DNA of 64,000 bases, taken from the NCBI GenBank assembly GCA_951406725.2, contig OX597821.1, positions 102,796,001 through 102,860,000 of the forward strand, written 5' to 3'. Of this stretch, positions 14,388-28,496 are shown in pieces. The stretch is from Octopus vulgaris (lineage: Eukaryota). Position 1 is the first letter of the stretch. Every line of letters starts with the position of its first letter. The position numbers and the translations under genes are program-made. The notes under the pieces are model-generated. The model had not been told where the DNA came from. It made no database searches and saw only the letters and a program-made list of their open reading frames with translations.

Positions 14388-14522
14388 ACTCTGTTGGTGT
14401 TAGAAAGGGCATCCAGCTGTAAAAATCCGGCCAAAACAGTCACAGAAGTCTGGTGCAGGCTTCGGACTTGCCAGGTTTTGTGGTCCTCTCTCACCCATGC
14501 TAGCATGGAGCACGGACGTTAA

Positions 14523-14578
<56 letters not shown>
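14388..14578 (+). mobile_element. SINE 3' portion with (GAT)n tail, RTE-partner-like
   Basis: GTTAGAAAGGGCATCCAGCTGTAAAA...CATGGAGCACGGACGTTAAA(TGA)n; inverted partial copy at about 14205-14255. Confidence 0.65.
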
Positions 14579-15033
14579 ATATTAATACATATGAATTAAA
14601 ACATGCTAATAATGAAGCTAATTTTATAGATTTATTCAGCGGTTTCCAAGATGTCTATGACCTTACCACGCCTTCTCCCTTTACTTAACGTACAAGACAC
14701 CCTAGTTTTACTCCAACATCCCTAGCAAAAACATATATCTGCTAAGCACTGAGTACGTTTTGTCCCTCGCTGTACCCTTTCGTTTTTTGGCATTCAGATC
14801 TTGTTATATTTCGTCAATTGTGTTGCTTAAATTTAAAACCTCGCAATACCCCTAATTAATATAAATATGATACCCTAGGGTGTCACGACTTCCCTGCTCG
14901 AAACCACTGGGTTAATGTGTGAAAGAAAGGGGAGAGGCTATATTATTATTATGTAAGTTTATACGCGCGCGTGTGTGTATATATGTGTGTGTGTGTATGC
15001 GTGTGTGTGTGTATGTGTGTGTGTTCACGTTTA

Positions 15034-15096
<63 letters not shown>

Positions 15097-15345
15097 ATAT
15101 CTATATACTATACACGCACACACACACACACATATATATATATTTATATATACATAAATATAAGTTTGTACATATATATGTAATGTGTGGAGGGTGTATG
15201 CATATATATATATCTGTTTATGCATTTATGTACGTATGTATGTATGTATGTATCTCTCTCTCTCTATCTATCTATCTATATATATATATATATATATATA
15301 CATACATAAATAGATATATCTTCGTATATGCATGTATGTATGTAA

Positions 15346-15386
<41 letters not shown>

Positions 15387-15490
15387 CATATATGTTCGTA
15401 CATATATATGTAAAGTATATATATGTATGTATGTATGCATGTATATATATATATGCACAAACATACACAGATATATATATACATATGTAA

Positions 15491-15521
<31 letters not shown>

Positions 15522-15522
15522 G

Positions 15523-15560
<38 letters not shown>

Positions 15561-15869
15561 TACATATATATGTAAGAACACACACATATATATATATCCC
15601 AGTGTGTGTGTGTGTGTGTGCGTATTCGTGTGTCAATAACCCTGATTAGGTTTAATTACGGAGAGGAAATTACATATACATATATACACACACACACATA
15701 CACATACACACGCACAAACACATGTGTACGTATCTGTTCATTTGTATACATTTTTATGTGTGAGAGCATTAAGGTGGAGCAACAATCTATATTACTAAAA
15801 TAATATTGCATGTGTTTGTGTTTTTGCGGGTGCGTATGTCTGTGCGTGTGTGTATGTGTGTGTGTGTGT

Positions 15870-15922
<53 letters not shown>

Positions 15923-16017
15923 AGTTTTTATGCTTGCACGTATTAGGTGTGTATGTATGAATGGGATATGCATACACGAGGTCACCTCAAAGAAAAACCG
16001 AAATATGGGTGTGTGCA

Positions 16018-16067
<50 letters not shown>

Positions 16068-16489
16068 GCTTTGACCTTGAATTTGAGAAAGAATCTGAAC
16101 TGAAAGGTGTAATGGGTACTTCTCGGTTTGAACTTATTAGCACAAACAAACAGTTGACTCCAATGCACATGTTCGCCAAATAAACAACATACTTGTAGCC
16201 ACACACACAGATATTCAAATGGATCTCCGTCGGTATCGGCGATGAGAATTCAGGCGTTCGATCAAAGGAATTACTTGCCCATTGAATTAACGTGACCGTT
16301 GATTCTACCCGATGCTTGTGTCTTTGGTTTACGGTAAAATATACCCGACAAGTTTTCGATTGTTTTCGTCCACCCTATTTAAGTCACATCTCCTGGGCTG
16401 AACAGAAGAAATGGAAGAAAAAAAGAAGCAAAACAAAATAAACAAAACTTGCTAAGGTTAGCATGAAGCGGAATTGATCCCAGGACCTC

Positions 16490-16760
16490 TTGGTGACCAA
16501 GCATGCTTCTAAATCATTCGACCAAGTTGAAGTTAAAAGGAGAAAGTTTATGATTGGTGCTATGAATGAGGAAAGAAAGGGGACCATGTGTGAAAGAGAT
16601 TGGTCTAAGTACTTGAAGAGGAGCTTTGTGCGCCAGTTAGAAGCAGGAACAACGATTCGAAATGTGGTTGTTGTATTTGTGGATTTAGGAGAGGAAGTAA
16701 AACGATAGAAATATAGGGTGGCGGAGCTTGAGGATCGAGGAAGCTGGAAGAGGATATGAG
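16490..16760 (-). mobile_element. Penelope-like reverse transcriptase fragment, frameshifted
   Basis: Minus strand gives FYFL../IHKYNNH/RIVVPASNWRTKLLFKYLDQSLSHMVPFLSSFI, resembling the PLE FYxLPKIHK...RPIVS...T..LSKYLD..L motif. Confidence 0.6.
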
Positions 16761-17226
16761 TTGGTTTATGATAGCGGAAACAAGATGTAATTAGTAAGGT
16801 CGAAGTTGGAGTTCAATTTGTGGTAGAAATGTGAGTGGTGGAATCGCCAAAACGTTTCAGTTCTTTCGAGATGAAACTGCTTTAGCACGCACAGCCACTT
16901 ATTTGTCAAGGTATATATGAGATCTGAAGAACAAACGCATGAATTTCAACTTTAACTGAATAAACAACTTTGAGATATGCAAAATAAATTAATAAAATAG
17001 ACCAATATTCTGCAAACAAATCTCTAATAATAAGCTAGAAATTGTATTTCATCCTGGCCATATCTTGAATCGCACTATTTCAGCGCTTAAACTTTTCTAC
17101 AGTCAAATAATGTCTATTTATTTTTAAAAATAAGAAAAAACTAACAAAAAAATATAAAACAAAATAAAACAAAACCCAGAAAGAAAATAAACAAAATCCC
17201 ACACCATTAACTGCACTATTCATATC

Positions 17227-17808
17227 TTTTTCTACTCTAGGCACAAGGCTCAAAATTTTAGGGGAGGGGGACAGTCGATTAGATCAACCTCAGTACGCAA
17301 CTGGTACTTAATTTATCGACCCCGAAAAGATGAAAGGCAAAGTCGACCTCGGCGGAATTTGAACTCAGAACGTAACGGCAGACGAAATACTTATTTCTTT
17401 ACTACACACAAGGAGCTAAACACAGAGGGGACAAACAAGGACAGACAAACGGATTAAGTCGATTATATCGACCCCAGTGCGTGACTGGTACTTTTTTAAT
17501 CGACCCCGAAAGGATGAAAGGCAAAGTCGACCTCGGCGGAATTTGAACTCAGAACGTGATGGCAGACGAAATGCCTATTTCTTTACTACCCACAAGGAGC
17601 TAAACATAGAGGGGACAAACAAGGACAGACATAGGTATTAACTAGATTACATCGACCCCAGTGTGTAACTGGTACTTAATTTATCGAGCCCGAAAAGATG
17701 AAAGGCAAAGTCGACCTCGGCTGAATTTGAACTCAGAACGTAATGACAGACGAAATACGGCTACGCATTTCGCCCGGCGTGCGAACGTTTATGCCAGCTC
17801 GCCGCCTT
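17227..17808 (-). mobile_element. SINE family A, tandem multimer (one head, repeated body)
   Basis: Three repeats of GAAAGGCAAAGTCGACCTCGGC..GAACTCAGAACGT; head GCCAGCTCGCCGCC at about 17793-17806. Confidence 0.9.
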
Positions 17809-18351
17809 CTGCTCTGTTCATAGTACACACAGTAAATTTCCATCATGTCATTTCATGAATTTTGAATATCTATATAACTTTATATTATTTCGTATTCAGC
17901 AATATCATTTCTTCCTGTAATCAATATTAACCACTTTTCCAATATGGGATCGCTTTATCCTATTATGGCGTTTGCTTTTATGCTGGTCTTGTCTGTTTCT
18001 GATTGAATACCAGTGGACATAGAAATGTACAAAATAAAATCTTCGAATCGATTATCTGAAAAGAGGATCCTATTTATAGGGAATTGAATCAGTGAATATT
18101 GCTGTGTGTTCATTCGGTAATGAAAGATGATGTAATTATCTCTGATTCGTCGGAATTAAACTGAGGCAGAGTAAGTATGAACTGGATCTCGTAAGATTGA
18201 GCAATATTCGTGAAATAAACACGGACAATATATTAAAAATTGGTAGGAGAAAGAGAGAAAATGATCAAAGAGATAGTAATGCATTTATATACACAGCTAC
18301 ATTTATAAATATATATGTAGATGCATGTATGTATGTGTATATACCTACAGC

Positions 18352-18387
<36 letters not shown>

Positions 18388-18697
18388 TATACATACATAC
18401 ACGCATACACACACACATTACATGTTATAATTTTATATTCGAGTATACACCGTGTAGTATGTTGTTTAAAGCCCCTTCACAGTATTTGGTTACCTAATGT
18501 CAACAACATTATGGAAATACTTTTTGTAAAGTCACATGAAGAGACGCATCTGCACCTATAATACATGCAAATTAATTGTACACCATCTCACTTGTAAGGT
18601 GTGGGTGCATGATGAGTCGAAACGATCGTAATGGTACAGAGGAAAGAGTCTCGTGAATTCGATTTCCTATCTCTCATGTACATCTCTGTGTGTGTGA

Positions 18698-18754
<57 letters not shown>

Positions 18755-18761
18755 GATAGAT

Positions 18762-18803
<42 letters not shown>

Positions 18804-18849
18804 GAAGATAAAGAGACAGAGAGCAGGAGTGGGATATATATATATATAT

Positions 18850-19080
18850 ATAAGTGAGATGACCACTAAGTGGACATCCATTATGCTAGAGGTCGACCGC
18901 TATGGTCTTATCACTAAGAAAAGAATATTCTCAAGAAAATTTAGCAAACGCCAAAACGTAAGCGAGCATGACAAATGAAAAGATACAAAATATAGATATT
19001 AATCACAAACTAGTTTCGTTGAAACCACTTACGTAGATGCCCGCAACTCGTCAGTGTGATCATCATAGTAAAATATAATT
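18850..19080 (-). mobile_element. Short HHR-bearing repeat, copy 2, next to (TA)n
   Basis: Reverse-complement match to about 3125-3355. Confidence 0.75.
19002..19060 (-). ncRNA. Type I hammerhead ribozyme motif with palindromic stem III
   Basis: Minus strand reads ATCACA-CTGACGA-GTTG...CAAC-GAAA-CTAG-TT-TGTGAT; all core nucleotides present. Confidence 0.75.
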
Positions 19081-19166
19081 TACAGAACTATACACGAGAC
19101 GTCCGCATGAGATTGAATATGTATATAGTTCTACCAGTTACATTTGGGGTTATATTTCAAAAGTCG

Positions 19167-19264
<98 letters not shown>

Positions 19265-19330
19265 AAGAAAGAGAGAGAGTGATAGAAAGATAAAGAGATA
19301 GAGAGCAGGATTGGGATATATGTGTATATT

Positions 19331-19398
<68 letters not shown>

Positions 19399-19574
19399 CA
19401 GAGAGAAGTTGATTGGGTGCTAAAACTTGGTGCAAGGAGGAGGCTTCGAGAATAAGTATAAGGAGAAAAAAAAGTAGAGAGAGAATACAGAAAATTGAAA
19501 AGGGATACTGTTGAGAGCAAAGTAAATGAGATGGCAAACACTGAACAGAGAATGACTAAAACGGAATGACTAAA

Positions 19575-19808
19575 TGTTGGCTGCAACTTTACATTTAGTC
19601 TGATGCTAATGATCCTCTCACTGGGTTGTATCCCGTAACAGACTTTTCATTTCCTTGTCTAGTATGACTGCAACTTCTGTTGCTTCTCGTTCTTTTGGTT
19701 CCGAATAGTTGACAGAATGCGAATCCCCCAAGAACTGTGACATGGCCGCTGCCTAACCATCAAGTTTCTGCGATTCCAAAGATTTTGCTGTTTATCCAGT
19801 TATGTTCC
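19575..19808 (-). mobile_element. RTE-clade LINE apurinic endonuclease fragment, degenerate
   Basis: Minus frames give KIFGIAET*WLGSGH..., HSVNYS...VAVILDKEM and SERIISIRL, resembling the RTE/BovB APE N-terminus. Confidence 0.65.
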
Positions 19809-19822
19809 TTTGTGTATATATT

Positions 19823-19882
<60 letters not shown>

Positions 19883-20285
19883 TGTGTGTGTATGTATGTA
19901 TGCATGTATGTGTGTATGTATGTATATATGTTTGTATGTATATATATATATGTATGTATACGTATATGTATATATATGTGTATATATATATATATCTATG
20001 TGTATAGATATGTATGTATATATATATATACACACACACGCACACGCACACACACATATATATATACATATATACATACATACATTCCACAACTGTTAGC
20101 ACCCTTTTTATTCAAAAGCCATTCTGACCTCCTATTTATTCCTTGCATTTGATTTTTTGCATTCTTTACCTACCACTTCCCGAATTAACGGGTTTGAGAA
20201 CCACTATAAACGCACGCAGCATGCTAATAACATCCTGTCACTCATAGTAGCGAAATGTATTTATCGTAACGTTGCAGTCTATTAT

Positions 20286-20390
20286 GTAATCTGATGAGGT
20301 TTTTCTGTACCGTGGAGTGCATTAGATTCCATTATATCGTCCCCACACACTAGGGAGCAGTGCAGCTATAAGCCGAAACGATCGTCGTGC
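20286..20390 (+). ncRNA. Hammerhead-like motif with long stem II insert
   Basis: CTGATGA-GGTT...AGCC-GAAA-CGATCG-TC; palindromic stem III ACGATCGT; weak stem I; AATAAA just downstream. Confidence 0.5.
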
Positions 20391-20440
20391 TAAATAAAGC
20401 TTACAGTACACTTTGTCTTCCCTATCATTTGTGTGTGTGA

Positions 20441-20479
<39 letters not shown>

Positions 20480-20673
20480 CCAGACATGAACAAGTAAGAA
20501 AAAACAACAAGGTGAAGACGTGGAATAAGTACAGTGTTATTGGACACTCAGGAAAGGAAAGAAAGAAAGATTTCACGTTTCGAGCGGAGCTCTTCATCAG
20601 AATCAGAAATATAGAAAAAGTCCAAAGAAGGGAAGACAGAGAAAGAAAATTGCCAACGATACACATGCGGTCA
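20480..20673 (-). mobile_element. PLE-terminal-repeat-like element between (TA)n tracts, with degenerate HHR (20569-20604)
   Basis: Minus strand GATT-CTGATGA-A-GAGC-TCC-GCTC-GAAA-CG-TG; homologous to about 40890-41095. Confidence 0.65.
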
Positions 20674-20798
20674 TATATATATATATATATATATATATCT
20701 GTTTGCATGTATGTATGTATGTATGTATGTATGTATGTATGTATGTATGTATGTATGTATGTATGTATGTATGTATGTATGTGTGTATGTATATGAAC

Positions 20799-21075
20799 AA
20801 TTGCAGCGTGTAAGGTGTTTATAAGCCATTTAAAACACACAAAAACCGTTAAATTCACTTCAACATTTAAATTTAATTTGCCAAAATATTTTGGTCACCT
20901 TGAGACCGCGACCTGTTCACAAACAAAATTCCATGCAGCACGGAATTTTGTCAGAGAACAGGTCGCGGTCTCAAATCGGCGAAAATATTTTGTCAAATTA
21001 AATTTAAATGTTGAAGTGAATCTAACGGTTTTTGTGTGTTTTAAATGGCTTATAAACACCTTACACGCTGCAATT
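20799..21075. repeat. About 277-bp fold-back element
   Basis: AATTGCAGCGTGTAAGG...AAAATTCC pairs with GGAATTTT...CCTTACACGCTGCAATT; the 3' flank CAGATCAGATTACTTGCTATGCAAGTACA resembles 2670-2700. Confidence 0.9.
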
Positions 21076-21238
21076 ACTTTCGTTCCAGCCCTCGATCTCA
21101 GATCAGATTACTTGCTATGCAAGTACATATCCGTAATGTATATATATATATATATAAATATATATTTAGAAATCAAATTTATAATGTAAATAAATTTCTA
21201 ATATTTCACTTGTATTTCTCTATTTCATTTGATATTTG

Positions 21239-21280
<42 letters not shown>

Positions 21281-21281
<1 letters not shown>

Positions 21282-22292
21282 TAGCATTATGACCCGTCGT
21301 TACCGGGTCATAGTGCTAGTGCATGTATATATGTGTAAATATATGTGTACATATTACATGTACATCCATATATATACATCTACGCATAAAATACAAAATA
21401 CAAAGTTATATCTTGATATCGCTAGTGATAACAATACTCAAAATATATAACAGACAGGAATTGTAAGCCCGTCTAATGCAATTTCGATCAATTGTATCTT
21501 GTCCTCCCTCTTGTATAGAAGTGTGGCTACAATCCAGCCTACCTCAACTTCTGGGGTGGGGGAGCATTTTTCATTTTTATCCGGCACGTCCTACGTCCCA
21601 GATATAAAGGTAAAAATAAAATATTTCCACTTTGCAAGTTCGAGTCGAGTACTCCCTTGCACGCTCCGTTGACTCGAACCTTGCTTCTATTGTGGCGAAT
21701 TTACCGCCTCTGGTTAGATATCTTTCATAGTCGCACCAAGACACTTTTTGATGGTGCTTTCCTCCAGGTGTTCAAATCTTTTGTCTCTACATTGTATACT
21801 TTATAGACAATAGTCTTTTCTTTAATTTAATTTTTTATTATCCATCTGGACTATTCCATTTCTGCATGCTAATTTAATTTTTAATTTATTCCCATTCATG
21901 CGAAACCACTTACTCAAGTTCAAGTCATTGATACAATTTTATATCAATTGCTATTTTTACTTTCGTTATGTTTCGATTATATTATTCTTTAGTTTCACTT
22001 TAATTATTACTTACTACATATAACTCAATTGTTATTATTATTTTTATTGTTTAAGTGAAAGCATCTGACATAAAATAGAGAAATGTTTTTGTTTCACTTT
22101 TAATACGTAATACTGAAATAATGGAGAAGATAGGATATTGCTATGGGCTCGCTCTAGGCAAGAAGTTGAACATTTTTTTGCCGATGACACTCCCCAGACC
22201 CCAAATAAGGCATGTGTAAAATTTGAATGAAATTGGTTGTGTAGTTCTCAAGTTTTAGGGAAACACACAGACAGACAGACACACATTCTCAG

Positions 22293-22305
<13 letters not shown>
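21281..22305 (-). mobile_element. Helitron-like non-autonomous element
   Basis: CTAG terminus with GC hairpin GACCCG..CGGGTC at 21281-21330; other end (ACAG)n..TTTTTATATA like the other Helitron-like copies. Extent approximate. Confidence 0.5.
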
Positions 22306-22368
<63 letters not shown>

Positions 22369-22380
22369 TATATATATATA

Positions 22381-22690
22381 TCATGGTGTCTAGGCTATGT
22401 TTTATGATTTCGTTAAGGACGCAATGGCGTGGAAGGCGGCCAGCACTATAATAGCATGACAATGGGTAGAGGCCGAAAGGATCCACATCACAACATTTGT
22501 GATGTTCATAGATCTTGAAGCCAAGCGTCAGGGAAACGCCGATGCGCTGACACTCGTTATCAAACTAAGTGCTAGTCGCGAGTGATGGCACCGCATTGAG
22601 CCAGGCTTCCCTGTGAGACTCGGAAGCTGAGCGGAAACATGCCAGACGGTGTTGGTCAAATCGACGCATCAACTCATCCGAGATCAGAAT
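22381..22690 (-). mobile_element. CRE-clade non-LTR retrotransposon fragment
   Basis: Minus translation ...ESHREAWLNAVPS...DNECQRIGVSLTLGFKIYEHHKCCDVDPFGLYPLSCYYSAGRLPRHCVLNEIIKHSL resembles the CRE GAWL/zinc-knuckle/RH..LND region. Confidence 0.75.
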
Positions 22691-22992
22691 ACACTGGACG
22701 GCGCACCATTTCTGTAGTTAATAATTTTGAAAAAATCTTTCTTCACACGCCCCTCCATATATATATATATATATATATAACTTTATATAATTAAGGGCTC
22801 AGTAAAATAATTTACTTTGCCACATACAGAAATTTTTAGAAATAGCAGCCAAAAAAAGTTTCTTTAGCCATTTCTACTACTCTAAGAAGAATCTCCCTGA
22901 AAGTGCTTACTCAAAAATAATTCACGTAGATATGGAGGGAAAACAACAAAATATCACATGTACAAAGATTATTTGTACATATATATATATAT

Positions 22993-23064
<72 letters not shown>

Positions 23065-23066
23065 TA

Positions 23067-23449
23067 CTAGCAGTATCGCCCGGCGTTGCTCAGGTTTGTA
23101 AGGGAAATAACTATAAAGCATTTTTAGAGAGTTATAGCCAAAAAATAGCAAAAAAATGGAAAAAAATGATGGTAAATTTTTTTTGATAGTTAAAAAAGGT
23201 GGAGTTGCGTCCCCTACACAGTTTGTGGTTTGTGTTCCTGATTCTCGACCCCATGTCGAATTTATCGATTTTTTCAGAACTGGGGAAACTTTTCAAAATT
23301 TTCGCTGCGTTAGTTTTGAATTATGACATTGGGCTATGTGTGTGTCAAGTTTCATCAGAATCGGTTGAAAGCCGTGGTGAGGATGAGGGTACAAGCAAAC
23401 AGACACACAGAAACACGCACAGACAAACTGCCGTTTATATAGAGAGAGA
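23067..23449 (-). mobile_element. Non-autonomous Helitron-like element
   Basis: Minus strand starts TC and ends with hairpin ..GCAACGCCGGGCGATACTG-CTAG; inserted between A and T; no TSD. Confidence 0.8.
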
Positions 23450-23473
23450 TTTCATTTATTTCTGTACCGCATT

Positions 23474-23527
23474 TATCACTGATGAAGGGAAGGTTCTTAT
23501 GAACTAACTCTGAAATCGGGTCCGATA
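23474..23527 (+). ncRNA. Hammerhead-like motif
   Basis: TATCA-CTGATGA-AGGG...CTCT-GAAA-TCGGG-TC-CGATA; stem I 4/5 paired. Confidence 0.55.
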
Positions 23528-23546
23528 TGTTTTATATATATATATA

Positions 23547-24446
23547 CTAGCAGTATCGCCCGGCGTTGCTCGGGTTTGTATGGGAAATAACTGTTTAAGC
23601 ATTTTTAGAGAGTTATAGCAAAAAAATAGCAAACATATGCATTAAAAATGGAATAAAAAATTTTTCTTTTAATCGTTACTCATCGTAGACATTTTTAGAG
23701 AGTTACTTCCCTTATATAATAGCGAAAAAATGCATTAAAATGGAAAAAATGATGGTAAATTTTTTTAAAAATCGTAACTCATCGTAAACGCGCGCTAATA
23801 CCCAGAAGGGCTCGATATGAATCACGACTATAAGATACCCTGTTTTGGTTAAACTGCACCGCAAAATGTGGGAGTAGTTAGGAATCTAAATCGTAGGAGA
23901 CAGACACACAACTTCACTTTTATATATAAAGATTTGTGTAACAACTAAAACATTCGGTTGTGCAAATTGTTTGCACAGGAAACCTGCTCTGTGTGGCGGT
24001 TTTTTCCGTTTTTGTGGATCTGTTTCAGCTTTTTTAGCGATTTCTGTTTTGGCGACTTCAAGCCATGAAGTCGTTGTTCTAAAAGAACGCTGGTCTCCTT
24101 GACAACGCTTTACGACGTTGATTTCCTTACACTCCCTTCCCCATAGCTTCACGAGGGAGGGAAGAAGGGGGAGAAGCAACACAGGTGCAGGTGTGAGCAT
24201 GGACGCCAACTCCGCCGCCATCGACACACGAAAAAATATGCGTTAAAATGGAAAAAAATTATGGTAAATTATTTTTAAAATCGTAGACTCATCGTAGACG
24301 CGCGCTAATACCCAGACGGGCTCGATATGAATCACGACTATAAGATACCCGGTTTTGGTTAAACTGCACCGCAAAATGTGGGAGTAGTTAGGAATCTAAA
24401 ACGTAGGAGACAGACACTCACACAACTTCACTTTTATATATATAGA
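23547..24446 (-). mobile_element. Helitron-like element with duplicated 5' terminal block
   Basis: Same CTAG/hairpin end at 23547; block about 23730-23932 repeated at about 24235-24446. Confidence 0.75.
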
Positions 24447-25394
24447 TATATATATATATATATATACACACATATGATTCAGGGTTCCAAATGTAAGAAG
24501 TTGGGAAGCTTCAAACAGTGAGTGGCAAGTATAGAAAACAAAAGTGGGCTCCTTAATGATAACAACCCTTTTCTTGTTTCTTTCCTTCTCTTTCTCTTTT
24601 TTTCCCTACTCCTTAACTCTAAACCACACCTACTCTTGTTTAGTTTGGGTCTCACCTTTGGCTTTATCGCTCATTAGTTTTCTTGACAAACTTCTTGACA
24701 TTTTGCTTTTCAATTTTTTTTTTATTACTGGCTTTTGTATTCGGTTAAACTCACTACTGAGGTGTAGTTGACTTCGGAATTCCGAGCGAAAACGTAACCT
24801 TCATTTGATTAAGGTAATCACATTCTGATGGATAGTTCCGTTGAATATAGCTCGTTGCATAACTATTACATCACGAGTTTCAGCTAGCTAAGAAACATAC
24901 GTAGCATGCGTTGTATAACCAACATTCCCCCCTCCCTCTCCCTTTCTACATATATATGTATACATATCTATCTATCTATCTATCTATCTAAATATCTATC
25001 TATCTATCTATCTGAGTGTCTGTCTGTCTGTCTGTATCTATGTATGTATGTATGTATCTATATATGTATTTGTGTGAGTGTGGATGTGTGTATATATACC
25101 CTTATTTGAGCGAGACTTTTAAATACATACACTACTCTCCCACTGTATCTGACTTGAGAATTTGCATGTACCTTGATTTTTATAATTTTATATCTCCCTA
25201 TCTCTTCACCCTTTCTGATGTGAAAACTAAATCCATACAAAATCTGGACAAAACTCAAATTCAGTAACAGAAAGAAGAGCTCTAGTAAAGATTATAACAC
25301 ATGGGATTTGGTGGATTCTATTTTAATTGCTGAATCCGATGTAGAGTGTAACGTAACGCTTCACATTAACTGTGCAGTCTTTTACAAAGAAAAT

Positions 25395-25560
25395 AAATAA
25401 CACAAATATCATACAGTACCTGCAAGTCGACAATAACTCTGTATATCTATTCTTTATGGCGTGGGAGTGGCTTCTATGGTACTTCTCAGCCAAGCACAAA
25501 TTACACCACTTTAAACTATTAAGGCTTGGAGCAGCTGACTGAAAGCCATGCCTTGCAAAG
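25395..25560 (-). mobile_element. Penelope-like element C-terminal (GIY-YIG region) remnant
   Basis: CNLCLAEKY...KNRYTELLSTCRY resembles the PLE C-terminal CxLCLxEK...LNKRxEL.S.CRH motif. Confidence 0.65.
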
Positions 25561-26059
25561 TTTGCAGAACCTTCTTCTATCTTTTCTATTGGTTGATTTA
25601 CTTCTAGAGCGGAGCAATGTTTTCTTTGGGGTGTTCTTAATCCACATAGATATCTGTCTATTATTCGTGTACACATATGTATATATTTATCTATAATTGC
25701 ATATATATATTAGTAAAACATTTACATTTTTGTCCTATTAATATAAATACATTTACATATATACATACACAAATACACACACACATATATACGTATGAAC
25801 ATAGCTACATATGCAAGTATTCATATTTTCATTAGCATATGCCCATGCATATGTAAATGTGTGTGTATAAAATAATACACACACATACATGTACATACAC
25901 ATACATATACATACACATACATATGAATATACATGTGTACATATGAATATACATGTGCATATATATACATACATATGTATATAAATGTACATACATATAT
26001 ATATGAGAATATGTTTGTATATGTATATATACATATGTAATTGATATGTGTATGTATAT

Positions 26060-26106
<47 letters not shown>

Positions 26107-26116
26107 CATACATACA

Positions 26117-26150
<34 letters not shown>

Positions 26151-26188
26151 CATACATACATACATACATACATACATACATACATACA

Positions 26189-26247
<59 letters not shown>

Positions 26248-26290
26248 TTATTTATTTATTTATTTCGCGGACACAAAATTTCATATTTAA

Positions 26291-26340
<50 letters not shown>

Positions 26341-26788
26341 ATTTATTACATTCTTCTATAATTACAAACTTTAACCTAAACCAATTTATCACATGGTCAC
26401 TGGCACTGACTACTCGTAAGTATTACACATTTATCACACGCTGCCTCATTGAAAAATGTGGGTCGCTAAGCATTAACCATTTATCACACAGAGCACTCAG
26501 TCGTAGGCTTAGACACCTAAGTCTTCAACTGCCCCGCCTATAATCGCATACGTACACTTGCCCTTGCATGTACTCAGTTAATAGCATTCTCAAACACTTA
26601 CAGTACTGAGATAGCTATTTGTACACTTATCTACGCATGTAGATAAGTATTATATAAGTAAGTATATGTATATAAAACTATTTATACACAAATTTATATT
26701 TACACAAATACATAGACAAGCACGTGTGTATAAATGTATGTACATAAGTATATGTATATTTATCTATGTGTATATGTTTGTATATGTA

Positions 26789-26849
<61 letters not shown>

Positions 26850-26904
26850 ATACATGTATGTATATGTATATGTATATATCTATATACATGCATATACATG
26901 TATG

Positions 26905-26950
<46 letters not shown>

Positions 26951-27068
26951 AGCACATAACTACATGTAAAAAGATTTACGTACATACCTGTATACATACA
27001 TACATACATACATGCATACATACATACATTCATGCATGCATGCATACATACATACATACATACATACA

Positions 27069-27153
<85 letters not shown>

Positions 27154-27586
27154 CCCAGCGTCTACATTTACGTATATATATACTAAAATATAGACCGTAA
27201 CTTTTAATTCCGTAATATTGAATAGGAGCTCAATGTAGACTATTGTACACGCGCGCACACACACACAGATACACAGATACACAGATACACACACACACAC
27301 ACACAGATACACAGATACACACACACACACACAGAGATACACACATACACACACACACACACACTCACACACACACACACAGATACACACGCTACCGAAT
27401 AAATATACGCATATTTCTTGACGTCCTCGTATATGTCTTCTTATACGTGCACAGATACGTATTGCACTCGTATGAACTCAAATACGCTTCCATATACACC
27501 CAGTTTCGGCAAAAATATACCCTCTTACATTCATACGCATAACCATAAGACACACCCACACGCACATACTTTAATCTGCAATATAT

Positions 27587-27664
<78 letters not shown>

Positions 27665-27881
27665 ATGAGTGTATGTGTGTATAGATATATATATATATAT
27701 ATATACATATATATGTGTGTATATATTTCTATATACAAAATTGTGTACATGTATATATATATATGTGTACATGTATATACATATATATATATACATACAT
27801 GTATATATACATATACATATATATATATACACATATATATACATGTATATATACATATACATATATATATATATACATACA

Positions 27882-27923
<42 letters not shown>

Positions 27924-28496
27924 CAGACATATATATATATATACATGTATATTTATTTATATTCTATATGTATTTTATGTATATATGTAAACACAAATCT
28001 ATTACATAAATATGGTTATATATTATAATATATTATAAATATTTCGTATATTATGTATATATTACATATTTTAAATATGTTTACATATATGAGTATGTGC
28101 TTATATAAATACACACGCCCACACACACTCGCACATGTATGTACACACACATATATATATATATATATCTATACATATGTATATATTAACGTGTGTGTAT
28201 GTGCATGCTATTTGTATTGCTTTCTCCATATTCCTGATACGATCCTGTATGCTGAAACAGATATTGTTGAATCTTCTGAAGGTCTTTTTGGTAATAAAGA
28301 GAAGGAATGGTTTTGACATTTAAAAAAAAATATTATTAATTGATTTGTCAAAGTCTTTCACCGCCCATAGATAACACACGTAACACACACACACACACAT
28401 ATACGCATCTATGTGTGTATGTATGTATGTATATATGTATGTATGTATGTGTACATGTATATATATATATATATTTATATATACACACGGAGTGCC

